Source: Escherichia phage bob
Sequence record: NC_073072.1
Reading direction: 5' to 3' (one strand)
Length of the DNA: 45,256 nt
This document shows, piece by piece, positions 7,176 through 16,849 of this stretch. The stretch's first letter is position 1, and the number at the start of each line of letters is the position of its first letter. A program made the translations under genes and the position numbers. Below the pieces are notes generated by a model, which searched no databases, had not been told where the DNA came from, and saw nothing but the letters and a program-made list of their open reading frames with translations.

Positions 7176-9332
7176 CAACGCCGCGATCTCGGCCTTCAAA
7201 TCCTCCACCTGCTTATTGAGATATTGAACACACCCCATCAAGTCCATTACGATCGGGTTAACGTCGATGGATGGGCGGTCCGTCATCTTCTCCCCGATCT
7301 TGTTGCCGTCTTCGTCGAGAATATCCTCGATCGGGAACTCGTGGTGCTTAACGTACTGCGGCGCAATTAACTCCGCTTCTTCGGCGATAATACCGAAGCG
7401 CTGGCGGGCCTGCTCATCATCCTTATACACGAAGTTAACAAGGCGCTGGCTGTTAATGCGGTCCATAGCTTCGCTTGCGTCCGCATCGGCTATATCTTTC
7501 TTATACTCGCGGCCGGATGTGCCTTGCAGCGCGATAGTCCCCGATGCGGTAGTCGGGAAGTTAAGCATAATTTCGCCGGTACGGTTCCCATCCTTACGTC
7601 GCATAAACAGGCGAAAATATCGAGTGCCGCTCTTTTCTAGTGCCGGTTCGAAGAACGTCCTACCGCCTACGACGTCGTTCGGCACGGTTTCGCCTACGGT
7701 GTAGTACGGTTCGAATGCAAATTGCAGGTAAGACCCGCGGCTTACTGCCAGGCTACCAACGACATCTGACCCTGAACTGTTCACCGTAAACTTGCCCGGC
7801 AAGGTCATCTCGCCTTTGGTGTTAAAGTCGATGCCTGAACTCTGCGCCGTCTCCAGGTTAGTGATCGCCAGGCGGGCGTAAGTCTCACCGTCGATATTCG
7901 CACGGACGCGCAGCTTTGCTTCCGAGTGTAAAGAAGTGCCAACACGATATTCAGACACAATGCTTCCGCCGTCTGCCGTAGTGCCCGCTGGCGGTTTAGT
8001 GGCGTCGCCGTTGATTACCGACCACGATGTGTTAGCGGCAACAAATCCGCCTGACGCTCGAATAACCCACACGCCCATGAAGTTATTCGGGCGCAACTCC
8101 GATACGGTCCGCCCGTAGATCGCGTTTACCTTCGAGGCGTCCATGTTAATGATGCCGTATGATTCCGCGCCGTTACTAACAGTTAGCCCGCCTGGCGATC
8201 GATATTGCGAAGCCGCACCGCCAGCCCCCCGGAACGCGCCACTTGCACCGTTGATAATACTTGCTGACCCGCCGCCGTGTAATTCGATGCGGCCTGTGAT
8301 GTTAGGTGCTCCTGATTCGTAGATATACCCATCGTTGCCACTTTGCCCGCCGTCACCCCGGCAGAACAAGCCGAATATTGACCCAGGCTGAACGCCATTA
8401 CGGTCCGGCACTCGGAAGGTAGTTGTGCCGTCACCCGTAGAATACTTTCCGCGCTGATTTGGGTTTGCCAGCCAGGTCTCGTCACTAATTGGCGACAGCA
8501 TTTGCGCATACGCCCAAAGCTCAGGCCAATCCGCTCGGTTTAACAATTGACCATCGGACACCACTTCGTAAGGTTGAATATACGCGCGGCTGTCCCGTAA
8601 ATGGAAATCACCTACGCCATAGTTCATGACGCCGTTCATTGTAGGGCCGACAGTGCCGGTGTTGATCAGATTCTGCACCCAGCGCTTTGTCGTGGCGTCG
8701 TAGTCACCAACAGGGTCGCCGGCCAGTGGTGTTGCCCCGTCCGGGCGAACGTTAAGCCAGGCTTGCGGTTTGTCGGTGAGTCCCGCCAGGTTGCCTGATT
8801 TTGTTAGCAAGTTATCCGCGTTAACGCTTTGCGCCCACTCCTCGGCCTGATCGCGGAATCCCTGCGCGGCGGATTTCGATGCTTCGGCTTGCGCTGCGAG
8901 GTCGCGCATCTCAACGGGGTCTACGTTCTTAAGCAATTCCGACAGGTATCCCCATGACATTCCCTGCATGACTTGCCCGTTAGGTAACGTCACTGTGATT
9001 TCTTCAGCGTCGCCGAAGATTGCGCGCCAGTTGTTTTCATCTGCGATCATCAAGCGCAACGCTTTCTGCGCCTGTACTGTTACGCCCATCGTTGCCAGCG
9101 ACATGGTATCGCGCTTAACGCCATCCCACGCAAGGCCGGTTGCCGTTGGGCCGTCGAACGGCAACACCAGCGTAAGCGCCGTGTTACTTTCGATTGATGC
9201 GATCGCCACTGTGTAAGGCACTTGTCCTACCACCAGCGTTAAGAAGTCGCCAGCTTTAAACGCGGTAAACGTTGTGCCGACTCCTACTACCGCCGTGCTA
9301 TTGTTCGTTACGGATAGCGTACCCGCTGCCAT
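7167..9332 (-). CDS. tail fibre/tailspike with C-terminal intramolecular chaperone (peptidase S74-like) domain
   Basis: 721 aa; Gly-rich central region; C-terminus ...GTSGREYKKDIADADASEAMDRINSQRLVNFVYKDDEQARQRFGIIAEEAELIAPQYV... fits the self-cleaving chaperone domain pattern; GAGGA RBS. Confidence 0.8.
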   Translation of the reverse strand: MAAGTLSVTNNSTAVVGVGTTFTAFKAGDFLTLVVGQVPYTVAIASIESNTALTLVLPFDGPTATGLAWDGVKRDTMSLATMGVTVQAQKALRLMIADENNWRAIFGDAEEITVTLPNGQVMQGMSWGYLSELLKNVDPVEMRDLAAQAEASKSAAQGFRDQAEEWAQSVNADNLLTKSGNLAGLTDKPQAWLNVRPDGATPLAGDPVGDYDATTKRWVQNLINTGTVGPTMNGVMNYGVGDFHLRDSRAYIQPYEVVSDGQLLNRADWPELWAYAQMLSPISDETWLANPNQRGKYSTGDGTTTFRVPDRNGVQPGSIFGLFCRGDGGQSGNDGYIYESGAPNITGRIELHGGGSASIINGASGAFRGAGGAASQYRSPGGLTVSNGAESYGIINMDASKVNAIYGRTVSELRPNNFMGVWVIRASGGFVAANTSWSVINGDATKPPAGTTADGGSIVSEYRVGTSLHSEAKLRVRANIDGETYARLAITNLETAQSSGIDFNTKGEMTLPGKFTVNSSGSDVVGSLAVSRGSYLQFAFEPYYTVGETVPNDVVGGRTFFEPALEKSGTRYFRLFMRRKDGNRTGEIMLNFPTTASGTIALQGTSGREYKKDIADADASEAMDRINSQRLVNFVYKDDEQARQRFGIIAEEAELIAPQYVKHHEFPIEDILDEDGNKIGEKMTDRPSIDVNPIVMDLMGCVQYLNKQVEDLKAEIAALKK

Positions 9333-9411
9333 AGCTAAATCCTCGTAATTGGTTGCAATCCTGGCTGAGCGGTGTAATACTAAAACTCAACCAAATATAG
9401 GGGATGATACC

Positions 9412-9630
9412 ATGAAAACTTTAATTATGATTTGTGCGGTTCTTTTGTCCGGTTGTGCCGACATGCCGTCTAAAATCTGCGACGCAACATACATGAATAG
9501 TGGTATGGAGTATTCCGTCCAGGTGTTTGGGGTCGCCGACTTTAGCGGGCATAAAATGCTAAGGGCGGGTTATCCGTTCAACTTCCAGTATGTGTCGGTC
9601 GACCACTTCAAAAGCACCACCTGCGAATAA
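9412..9630 (+). CDS. small outer-membrane-type lipoprotein, candidate receptor-blocking superinfection-exclusion protein (Cor/Llp-like by context)
   Basis: MKTLIMICAVLLSGC: signal peptide with lipobox LSG|C; 72 aa; divergent from tail fibre gene; GGGGA RBS. Confidence 0.65.
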   Translation: MKTLIMICAVLLSGCADMPSKICDATYMNSGMEYSVQVFGVADFSGHKMLRAGYPFNFQYVSVDHFKSTTCE

Positions 9631-9650
9631 GCCCCTTTCGGGGCGTTTTA
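9631..9650. terminator. bidirectional terminator
   Basis: GCCCC-tttc-GGGGC then GTTTTA, between convergent genes. Confidence 0.5.
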
Positions 9651-10319
9651 TATCCCATCCACGTTAATTGCGGTCAGCGCAACGCCTGTGTTTTGATACC
9701 CTGCGATGCTCCCTGACCCAGCCTGCGTAGCGACCGCGTTAATACGAGTGCCGCTTCCGTTGTCGTAAGCCCCGGCCCCTGCCGAGATCTGGATAATCTG
9801 CGGCTGCCCTTGTACAAAGATCTGGATCAGAGTGGCGCCCATTAACATAGGTGATACCGCGTACTTACCCGGCAGCGTCTGGTCTATGTTTATCCCGCCG
9901 TTATTGCCGAAGCTGCCAACTGTGACTAAATCGGTGAGTACCTTGCTCTCGTTGGTGAGTATGCACGTCCCGCTGGCGTCCCAAATCGCGAAGCCCCATT
10001 TTGGCAGCGGTTGCGGGAATCGCGCGAATACGTACGCCGTGACGGTAAAATGCGGGTTATTCTTACCCTGAATGCTTCCGCTAAATATAATCCGGTTACC
10101 TGATCGTGACGCCGCCAGGACGCAACGGTTATTCGACCGCATAAACACCATCGCCGGATAGTTCGCGGGGATATCCACTGCGCCACTCGCGGTTTTATAA
10201 TACGCCCCTGCGTCCACTGAGTTTGCCGACACCTTAGCATAGAGAACGAATGGCGTTGAGTTTGGCGTGACGAATGGGTTGCCGTTGTTGTTGTCAATTA
10301 ATGCTCCGAAGTTTGCCAT
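9648..10319 (-). CDS. tail protein (223 aa), unknown role
   Basis: Natural ATG; sits between J-like gene and tail fibre; Gly/Asn-rich. Confidence 0.5.
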   Translation of the reverse strand: MANFGALIDNNNGNPFVTPNSTPFVLYAKVSANSVDAGAYYKTASGAVDIPANYPAMVFMRSNNRCVLAASRSGNRIIFSGSIQGKNNPHFTVTAYVFARFPQPLPKWGFAIWDASGTCILTNESKVLTDLVTVGSFGNNGGINIDQTLPGKYAVSPMLMGATLIQIFVQGQPQIIQISAGAGAYDNGSGTRINAVATQAGSGSIAGYQNTGVALTAINVDGI

Positions 10320-10321
10320 TT

Positions 10322-10624
10322 TTACGCTTTCTCCACAAAAACTACTACTTCACATTCTGATGCTGGGTAGTTTCCAATACCGACGCTGTTTGCGGCAGAT
10401 ACTGTTATCGTGTTCCCGCTGGCACGGATCGCCCGACCGACCGTAGTGCCGCCTACGTCCAGCGTAACCGCAAAACCTACTTTCATACCTGACGGAATAT
10501 CGAACGTCCACGCCCCCGATGTTTGACCTTGTGCCAGTTTAATAATTCCGACAACCGAAACGGGCTTTATCCCGTAGTTGTTTGGGCGCCCTTGCGCGTC
10601 CCATGTTGCGACACCGAAAGCCAT
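10322..10624 (-). CDS. small tail-associated protein (100 aa)
   Basis: ATG 10624 with GTGAGGT RBS; the longer track ORF start would overlap the J stop. Confidence 0.45.
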   Translation of the reverse strand: MAFGVATWDAQGRPNNYGIKPVSVVGIIKLAQGQTSGAWTFDIPSGMKVGFAVTLDVGGTTVGRAIRASGNTITVSAANSVGIGNYPASECEVVVFVEKA

Positions 10625-10661
10625 GCTATACCTCACTAAGAAAGGGGCCGAAGCCCCTGTG

Positions 10662-13600
10662 TTACCAATAACCTGTGATTTCACCAATTTGCACGCGGAG
10701 CACGCCGTTTCCGTCCCTAACGCTGATTTGCGTGTTTGTCTGTTTCATCCCGCCACCGTTACCGGTTCCCAGGTTGATAAACGTTCCGTCTTTCCCTAAG
10801 CGCCAACCACGCGAGTAGCCGTCATAGTTATTCGATTGCAACGTGTCCGTAATCTGCGCGAAGTTGATAGTCGCGTCTTTGATGCGTGCCGTGTCAATAT
10901 ACACCGCGCCGCCGTCTACGATAAACGCGGACGAAAGCGACCCGTTAGATGGGTGCATGATGTAGAACTGGTCCGCTTTGAATGCGATGCGGGATTTAAC
11001 CGCGCCGCCTTCCGCCACGACGGAAAGCTGCATACCGGCATCATAGTAAGTCCCGTTATACGTCACGCCCGCCTTAAGGCTGTACGTGGCGTTGCCACCA
11101 GCATGGTTAAACGTGGACGTCATCTTCTGCTCGATAGCTGCGGACTGCTGACCGAACTGTGCCGCGACCTGGGTCTTGTACTCCGCCAGCGCGCCCGCTA
11201 CGTCTGCCGTTGCCGTTTGTACCTGCTGGATGGCAGCTTCCTGTTCCCCGAACTTAGCGGCAACAGTTTGCTGGTACTGGGCGAAGGCTTGCTCGTGCGT
11301 GCTTTGCGCTGTCTGCAACGTGTGGATCGCCGCTTCCGCATCGTCAAGTCGCGTGCCGATCAACGTCTCCAGTTGAGCGACCGCCTTGTGGGCGTCCGCC
11401 GCCACGTTATACGCCACCTTGATTTCCGCATAAATGCCCTTGTACTCGGCGCGGGCGTTGAACAATTGCTGCGCGTCGGTGAGCATCGCCTCGTAAATAC
11501 CCTGCGGGATCGTGTCGATTGCTTCCTGGAAGCGTTTACCATCCTCGGAAGTCAAGAACTCGTCATCAAGCCCCTTCATGTACTCGTCAACTTTGTCACT
11601 CACCTGCCCTTCAAACGGGGCCGACCAGTCCGACAGGTTGCCGATTTTATCCGCTACACGGGCGCGCAACTGCTGGTAAATTCCGAACTCCAGCGATGTT
11701 TGCGCATACTCCGCCCCCGGATATGGGACGTTGGTAAGGAATTTCCATTCAGTCTCACCGGTCTTGCGCACTTCAAGCTCGGTGTACGAGATATCAGTAG
11801 CGGCGTTGTTGTGGTTCCACTTCCACAAGATCTGGTGAAGGCCCGAAATAGCGTTGGTGATGATTGGTGCGTTAAGCCCACCGAGACGACCTTCCACCGG
11901 CGTGATGGCGGACGACACCCACGGAGATGAAATCTCGCCCATACCGATCGCGCGGACGCGTGCCTGGTAGTTACCGGAGAACACGTTAGGGATGTGCGCC
12001 CCATTCGACGCCGTGCGTGGGATATTCACCCAGTCGTTACCCCACTGGATTTCCATATTCTGAAGGCTGGTACGCCTCCACTGGATTTCATACACCACGG
12101 CATCCTTCACCGGAGGGAATACAATATCCACGTTGGTGATTAGCTGCCCTTGCGATGAAATCTGCGACGGGGTGATGGTCACGGATTCCGGCCCCTTCAT
12201 TACCCCGTCAGGCACTTGCGTAAAGATACCCGGATCAAGGCGCGCGCCATTATCAACGGCATCATACTTGCTATCGTTGTACTCAATCCCGCGCACCGAG
12301 AAAGTGCTCGTAGAGTCGTCATACTCCAGGTCGGTGATGCGGAATTTCTGCAACTGGATATCGTCGCCATCAACGCAAAACGGCTGGTCAGGAATAGGGT
12401 TGGCGTCCAGTGCGGTTTTTAGCGTTACCTTGTTGCCGTTGACGCTGGCGATCTCGCGAGTCTCCACATTACCGCTATCGGTGCGTACCAGGAACTTATC
12501 GCCAGGGCGGAACGTGATTTCGCTGTCCGTGTTCAGCACAGTACGCGTCCCCGGATCAGACAACAGACGTCCGCCGCGTGTCTCGAAGCCGCCAGAAATA
12601 TTAGTATCCGCGATCGCGACTACGCTACCAGGAATAAAGAATAACCCTTCCATGCCAACTTTAAAGCTAACTTGCTGGTCAAGCTGGTTGGAAATTAGCG
12701 CCCAGTGCCCGCGGCGTTGCGCTTCAGATTCACGCGTACAGCCGATCGCCGTAATATCGAGGCGGTTAATCTTATGGCGGCGCACCAGTTCGACGCGCTG
12801 GCCCGTTGCAATGGCGTCCTCGTAGTGGTTCTTCGGGTTGCCGTATGCTACCGCGAATGTTGAGTACCGAGTTTTCTGGCTTCCCGAGGCATAGTCGAAT
12901 CGCCCATCAATGACCGAGGCGTTGGTGATAGTGTGCGACACCGCGGCGACCGGCTGGTCACTGACGATATTTAACATCTGATTGCCCCACCAGGTCATTC
13001 CGGCGAAGATGGCAGCCAAATCCTTAAGCACGGTCCAGGCGTCGGTCTGCGACTGAATGTACATATCATTCTTAAATCGGATCTCCCGCCCGCCGTTGCC
13101 GTCACTGACCAGCTGATCGCAGCGCTGCGCAATCTGGTAAAGCGCGTATCGGTTTAGCATTTGCGGTTTGATACGACGACCGAGGCCAAAGCGCTCAGTA
13201 ATACAAATATCGTACCAGTGCCACGCAGGGTTATCCGTCCATGCGCGTTTAAACGTGCCGTCCCAGTCCCCGGAATAAGTATGATTAATCGGGTCGTAGT
13301 TGTTCGGTATTAGAACTTTGCGGCCTTTGCACTTGATGGACACGCGCGGGATGTTCTGGAACGCTTTGGCGTCGAACTCCACAAACAACAGCGCGGTTAG
13401 CGGGTAACGCAGGCGGGCGTCGATAATCTCAGTGATGGACTGCACCCGGATATCATTAACCACTTTCGCCGATGTGGAGTCTGCCGTTATGCGGTGCACC
13501 TCCACGCGCCAGCCGGTGTTAACGTTCGGAGGTAATTCGATGCGGTGGTCGCGCTCATACAGCGACATTGTTTTACCAACGGCGGCGAATCTGAACTCAC

Positions 13601-14081
13601 GCGGGTCCGCGTTATCCGTATACACAACGATCTTATAGTCGATGCGCCCGCCCACCAGGTCGCCATTATCTTCGTTAGTGTACAGGGCCGGAATGCCGAT
13701 TCGAATGCGCACGGCGTCAAGACTGGTGTCATTAATCTGGCGCACCCACGGCGTGCCGTTTTCCAGTTTTACGCCGACAGATTGTTCACTTTCCACCGCT
13801 GAAAATCCGTGGATCACATCCTGGTGCTGTGTGCCCGGACGGAACTCCACGCGAGCGCCCGGGAAGTTTTCCGACAGGTCGGCGTTCTGGATCGGTGTTC
13901 CGTCCAGGTAGACGCGCTGCCGTAATTCGCTGGCGCTCGTAATACTTTCGAACTCCCCTTCGCCCAGTGCGAGCAAGATGCGGATTTTAGCCAGCGAATG
14001 CAGGCTGTCTGGCGTCTCCTGTGGGGTGTGCTGTTTGCCGCCGCCGCCTTTATGGCCCGTGACGTCGTAGATAATCGTCAT
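10662..14081 (-). CDS. tail tip / host specificity protein, lambda J-like
   Basis: 1139 aa; N-terminus GHKGGGGKQHTPQETPDSL and central ...PNNYDPINHTYSGDWDGTFKRAWTDNPAWHWYDI... recall lambda J (...SNYNPQTRQYSGIWDGTFKPAYSNNMAWCLWDM...). Confidence 0.9.
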   Translation of the reverse strand: MTIIYDVTGHKGGGGKQHTPQETPDSLHSLAKIRILLALGEGEFESITSASELRQRVYLDGTPIQNADLSENFPGARVEFRPGTQHQDVIHGFSAVESEQSVGVKLENGTPWVRQINDTSLDAVRIRIGIPALYTNEDNGDLVGGRIDYKIVVYTDNADPREFRFAAVGKTMSLYERDHRIELPPNVNTGWRVEVHRITADSTSAKVVNDIRVQSITEIIDARLRYPLTALLFVEFDAKAFQNIPRVSIKCKGRKVLIPNNYDPINHTYSGDWDGTFKRAWTDNPAWHWYDICITERFGLGRRIKPQMLNRYALYQIAQRCDQLVSDGNGGREIRFKNDMYIQSQTDAWTVLKDLAAIFAGMTWWGNQMLNIVSDQPVAAVSHTITNASVIDGRFDYASGSQKTRYSTFAVAYGNPKNHYEDAIATGQRVELVRRHKINRLDITAIGCTRESEAQRRGHWALISNQLDQQVSFKVGMEGLFFIPGSVVAIADTNISGGFETRGGRLLSDPGTRTVLNTDSEITFRPGDKFLVRTDSGNVETREIASVNGNKVTLKTALDANPIPDQPFCVDGDDIQLQKFRITDLEYDDSTSTFSVRGIEYNDSKYDAVDNGARLDPGIFTQVPDGVMKGPESVTITPSQISSQGQLITNVDIVFPPVKDAVVYEIQWRRTSLQNMEIQWGNDWVNIPRTASNGAHIPNVFSGNYQARVRAIGMGEISSPWVSSAITPVEGRLGGLNAPIITNAISGLHQILWKWNHNNAATDISYTELEVRKTGETEWKFLTNVPYPGAEYAQTSLEFGIYQQLRARVADKIGNLSDWSAPFEGQVSDKVDEYMKGLDDEFLTSEDGKRFQEAIDTIPQGIYEAMLTDAQQLFNARAEYKGIYAEIKVAYNVAADAHKAVAQLETLIGTRLDDAEAAIHTLQTAQSTHEQAFAQYQQTVAAKFGEQEAAIQQVQTATADVAGALAEYKTQVAAQFGQQSAAIEQKMTSTFNHAGGNATYSLKAGVTYNGTYYDAGMQLSVVAEGGAVKSRIAFKADQFYIMHPSNGSLSSAFIVDGGAVYIDTARIKDATINFAQITDTLQSNNYDGYSRGWRLGKDGTFINLGTGNGGGMKQTNTQISVRDGNGVLRVQIGEITGYW

Positions 14082-14695
14082 TCGTTCAAGTCCTCGGTTA
14101 CGATTCCGGCGGAAATAATAGCGCCGCCGATCTCACGCTCGCCCCATAATACACCAAGTGCCGTGCCTTGCGCGGTTGTGTTTACCGGTCCGCCGAACGC
14201 ATACGACGCTTTGTTATCCACGTCCTGCCGTGTCTGCAATCCTTTCGGCTGTGGGGACAGCAATTGCATAGCACCGCCCAGCGCAAGCGACATGCCGAAC
14301 GAAAATGTAGCCGTACCGATAGCGGCAGCGGTTGCAGCCGAAGCCCCGAAAGCGGCAGTAGCAAGTCCGCCAGTATAGAACGACGCCACTACAATCGCGA
14401 CACCCGCCAGCAATTGGCCCAATCCTCTTTTTGCGCCAGTCATAACCGGCGCGATGGTAACGACGCGGTTGCCGTGAAACTCGCCTAGCTCATCGTAGCC
14501 GGTCATTGTGTGGTTGCCTTTGCGCACCTTGAACATAATGTTGTCCAGGTGTGCCGACATTAAAAAGTCTTGTAGCCCTGGCAACTTCACACACAAGCCG
14601 GTGATGCCTTCGCCCGGTGTGAAGCAGTCCAGCTTATGCACTTTACCGAATCGACGCCCTAATACGCCGTACAATTTAAACGTTGTCATTGCCAT
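14078..14695 (-). CDS. tail assembly protein, lambda I-like
   Basis: 205 aa; C-terminal Gly/Ala-rich hydrophobic segment as in lambda I; ATGA overlap with J. Confidence 0.75.
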   Translation of the reverse strand: MAMTTFKLYGVLGRRFGKVHKLDCFTPGEGITGLCVKLPGLQDFLMSAHLDNIMFKVRKGNHTMTGYDELGEFHGNRVVTIAPVMTGAKRGLGQLLAGVAIVVASFYTGGLATAAFGASAATAAAIGTATFSFGMSLALGGAMQLLSPQPKGLQTRQDVDNKASYAFGGPVNTTAQGTALGVLWGEREIGGAIISAGIVTEDLNE

Positions 14696-15426
14696 TCTGT
14701 GATATTCCCCGGTAGGTCTTTATGACGTACCCATTTAACCACATTGTCGCGGAAAAATCCTGACCGGAAGGGTATCACACTCGACAGACTGCCGTAGATA
14801 TGGTGTAGAAGTTGGTTGCCCGGAAGAAATATCCCGGCATGGTTAGGTACTGGCGCGCTGATTTGCATAATTACCATTGCCCCCGGCGTATTTTCCTCAC
14901 ACTCCCTGAAGCCCGCGCCGTACCAATTATCCATATACAGATTCTCGCCTGTCTCCCACCAGTTATACGGCACGCGGAAGTCAGGCAGGCTTACTCCCTG
15001 CTTTTTGTGCCAGTCCATGACGAGGCCGTAACAATCCGTAATTCCGAGAACAAATCGACGCCCCACCAGCGGAGGATCTTCAGGGTCGATCTCGATAAAG
15101 TCGCCATATTCGTTAGTGATGGCCCAGACTACGCCGCTGCCGTTGCATCCGTTAACGTCGCCCAGTGATGGGGTAAGCTCTCGCTGGCCTGGGTGCGAGT
15201 GGACTACGCGCACGACGTCGCCCATATCCTCCGCATCCATCCAGGCCATATCACTAATCGTGAACGCGTCTTTGCGTGAGCGCACGCCGGTAGGGTCTTC
15301 GAATACGTTCGTGCACGGGACGAATACTTGCTTACGTCCCACCATGACGACCAACCCACAGGCTTCTTCCGGCAGACATGCCGCAACGTGCGCGGCGATA
15401 TCGCTTTTAACCTTTTTCGTTAACAT
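14686..15426 (-). CDS. tail assembly protein, lambda K-like (MPN/JAMM plus NlpC/P60-type)
   Basis: JAMM-like VHSHPG motif; 246 aa; conserved position between L and I. Confidence 0.8.
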   Translation of the reverse strand: MLTKKVKSDIAAHVAACLPEEACGLVVMVGRKQVFVPCTNVFEDPTGVRSRKDAFTISDMAWMDAEDMGDVVRVVHSHPGQRELTPSLGDVNGCNGSGVVWAITNEYGDFIEIDPEDPPLVGRRFVLGITDCYGLVMDWHKKQGVSLPDFRVPYNWWETGENLYMDNWYGAGFRECEENTPGAMVIMQISAPVPNHAGIFLPGNQLLHHIYGSLSSVIPFRSGFFRDNVVKWVRHKDLPGNITEWQ

Positions 15427-15428
15427 GG

Positions 15429-16217
15429 CTACCCCTTAATCAATTTGGACCCTGGAAAACCACCGAAGTCCAGCACCGCAGCTTTCGGGTCGGCAAGCCC
15501 CTGACCAAAACGAAGATAACAATCTGACAAACAGCCACCGCATCTGTCCATATTCATTGCGATGACTTCGTTTCCGCGTTCGTCGTAATACTTGATGCCT
15601 GGCTGCGCAAGGTTCCAAGTGCAACCGTCCCCGCTGGCGTACTTCCCGTTGAGCGCCCATTCGCACATGTTCATGATTTGGCGACGTGGAACGACCTGCC
15701 CTTCCATATCCGCAGGTGAGGATAGTGCGAAGGTGATTTGCTTGCCCGGATTGCGCCCGACCTGCGAGTCGATGTAATACTCCTGGACTCGTTTCTGCGT
15801 CGGGTCTGGGTCTGTCCCGTTGTCCAGGAACTTCGCGAACGTATCGATTATTTCAACCTTCGCGCCCAGTAGCTGGTCGTGGTTCAGCGACAGCCGGGTG
15901 ATTATGCCGCCAATATCGACAATGGTCAGCTGCGGTTCCGCTGCCGTTGACGTGGAGAAGTTGAGGCCGGACAAATCAAAGGGCCAAAATTCGAACTCCT
16001 GCCCGCCGAAGAAGATGGATTTAGGCTTCAGCTTGTCCTCGTCACCCCCAGCGGCAGCAATATCCTCGGCAGTGTGCGGAATAAAGCAGTAGTGGAAATA
16101 GTGATGGCCCGCGCCGATCGCGCCGTCGCCTGGTTCCACGTCCTGCGCGTCAATATGAATCAGGCGAACGCGACCCGATGGGTCAAAGCGCGTCGCCTCA
16201 CGATATAATTTATTCAT
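15429..16217 (-). CDS. minor tail protein, lambda L-like
   Basis: 262 aa; C-terminal Cys cluster RCGGCLSDCY as in Fe-S-binding L proteins; ATGA overlap with upstream gene. Confidence 0.8.
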   Translation of the reverse strand: MNKLYREATRFDPSGRVRLIHIDAQDVEPGDGAIGAGHHYFHYCFIPHTAEDIAAAGGDEDKLKPKSIFFGGQEFEFWPFDLSGLNFSTSTAAEPQLTIVDIGGIITRLSLNHDQLLGAKVEIIDTFAKFLDNGTDPDPTQKRVQEYYIDSQVGRNPGKQITFALSSPADMEGQVVPRRQIMNMCEWALNGKYASGDGCTWNLAQPGIKYYDERGNEVIAMNMDRCGGCLSDCYLRFGQGLADPKAAVLDFGGFPGSKLIKG

Positions 16218-16813
16218 CTTACAAATCCGATAGCAGTTTTAAGGGTGGCGGATACCGTTGCCGTGTAGTGCCCGTTGTCCGTGTACGACAAGCTCGAACG
16301 CTCGACCACGAATAAACCTGTTTCGCCATCCGGCGCGGTGACGACAAACGGCTTGACGAAGTGCCCGCGAAGGAAGTTGTAAACTAGTTTGGGGTTGCAC
16401 CACCTGTCGGTAGTCAGTCCTATGAATTGCACGGGGAACTGTTTCGTTTCGGCGTTCGGGCCGTCCGCGATGTTCTGTCCATAGCCATTACCGAATTGCA
16501 ATTCCTCCGACCGGAAAGCTAACTGAACGTCGCCGCCGCCCTGCAATTGCATGTGCCAGTAATAGGGCCATTCATTTGACCGCGGGTCGTGTGCTTCGAT
16601 TAGCTCATATACCGCACCGGATTTCGTTGGACCGGCCCAGTTATCCGCCAGGGTGATGACGGTGTTAGAGTTGAATGCCGCAATTTTTCCGGTGTAGTCG
16701 TTGCCGTTGATGCGGGCGAATACGCGGACCTTCCCGACCTCGCTCAAGAACGCCGTCCCCGCGCCCGTGACGGTCTTACTTCCGTTCGTTAGAGTGATTG
16801 TACCTTGTGCCAT
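16214..16813 (-). CDS. minor tail protein, M-like (with N-terminal extension)
   Basis: 199 aa; position between tape measure and L. Confidence 0.55.
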   Translation of the reverse strand: MAQGTITLTNGSKTVTGAGTAFLSEVGKVRVFARINGNDYTGKIAAFNSNTVITLADNWAGPTKSGAVYELIEAHDPRSNEWPYYWHMQLQGGGDVQLAFRSEELQFGNGYGQNIADGPNAETKQFPVQFIGLTTDRWCNPKLVYNFLRGHFVKPFVVTAPDGETGLFVVERSSLSYTDNGHYTATVSATLKTAIGFVR

Positions 16814-16849
16814 GAAAAAGCCCCCACGTTGTATGTGAGGGCCATTTTA

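Noticed and set aside
7167-9332. Diversity-generating retroelement targeting the tail fibre
   Set aside because: No reverse transcriptase ORF and no template/variable repeat pair seen near the fibre 3' end.
10836-11930. Long plus-strand ORF (364 aa) inside the J-like gene
   Set aside because: Antisense to a well-supported 1139 aa tail tip protein; Arg/Leu/Cys-rich composition typical of mirror-frame ORFs in GC-rich coding DNA; no RBS.
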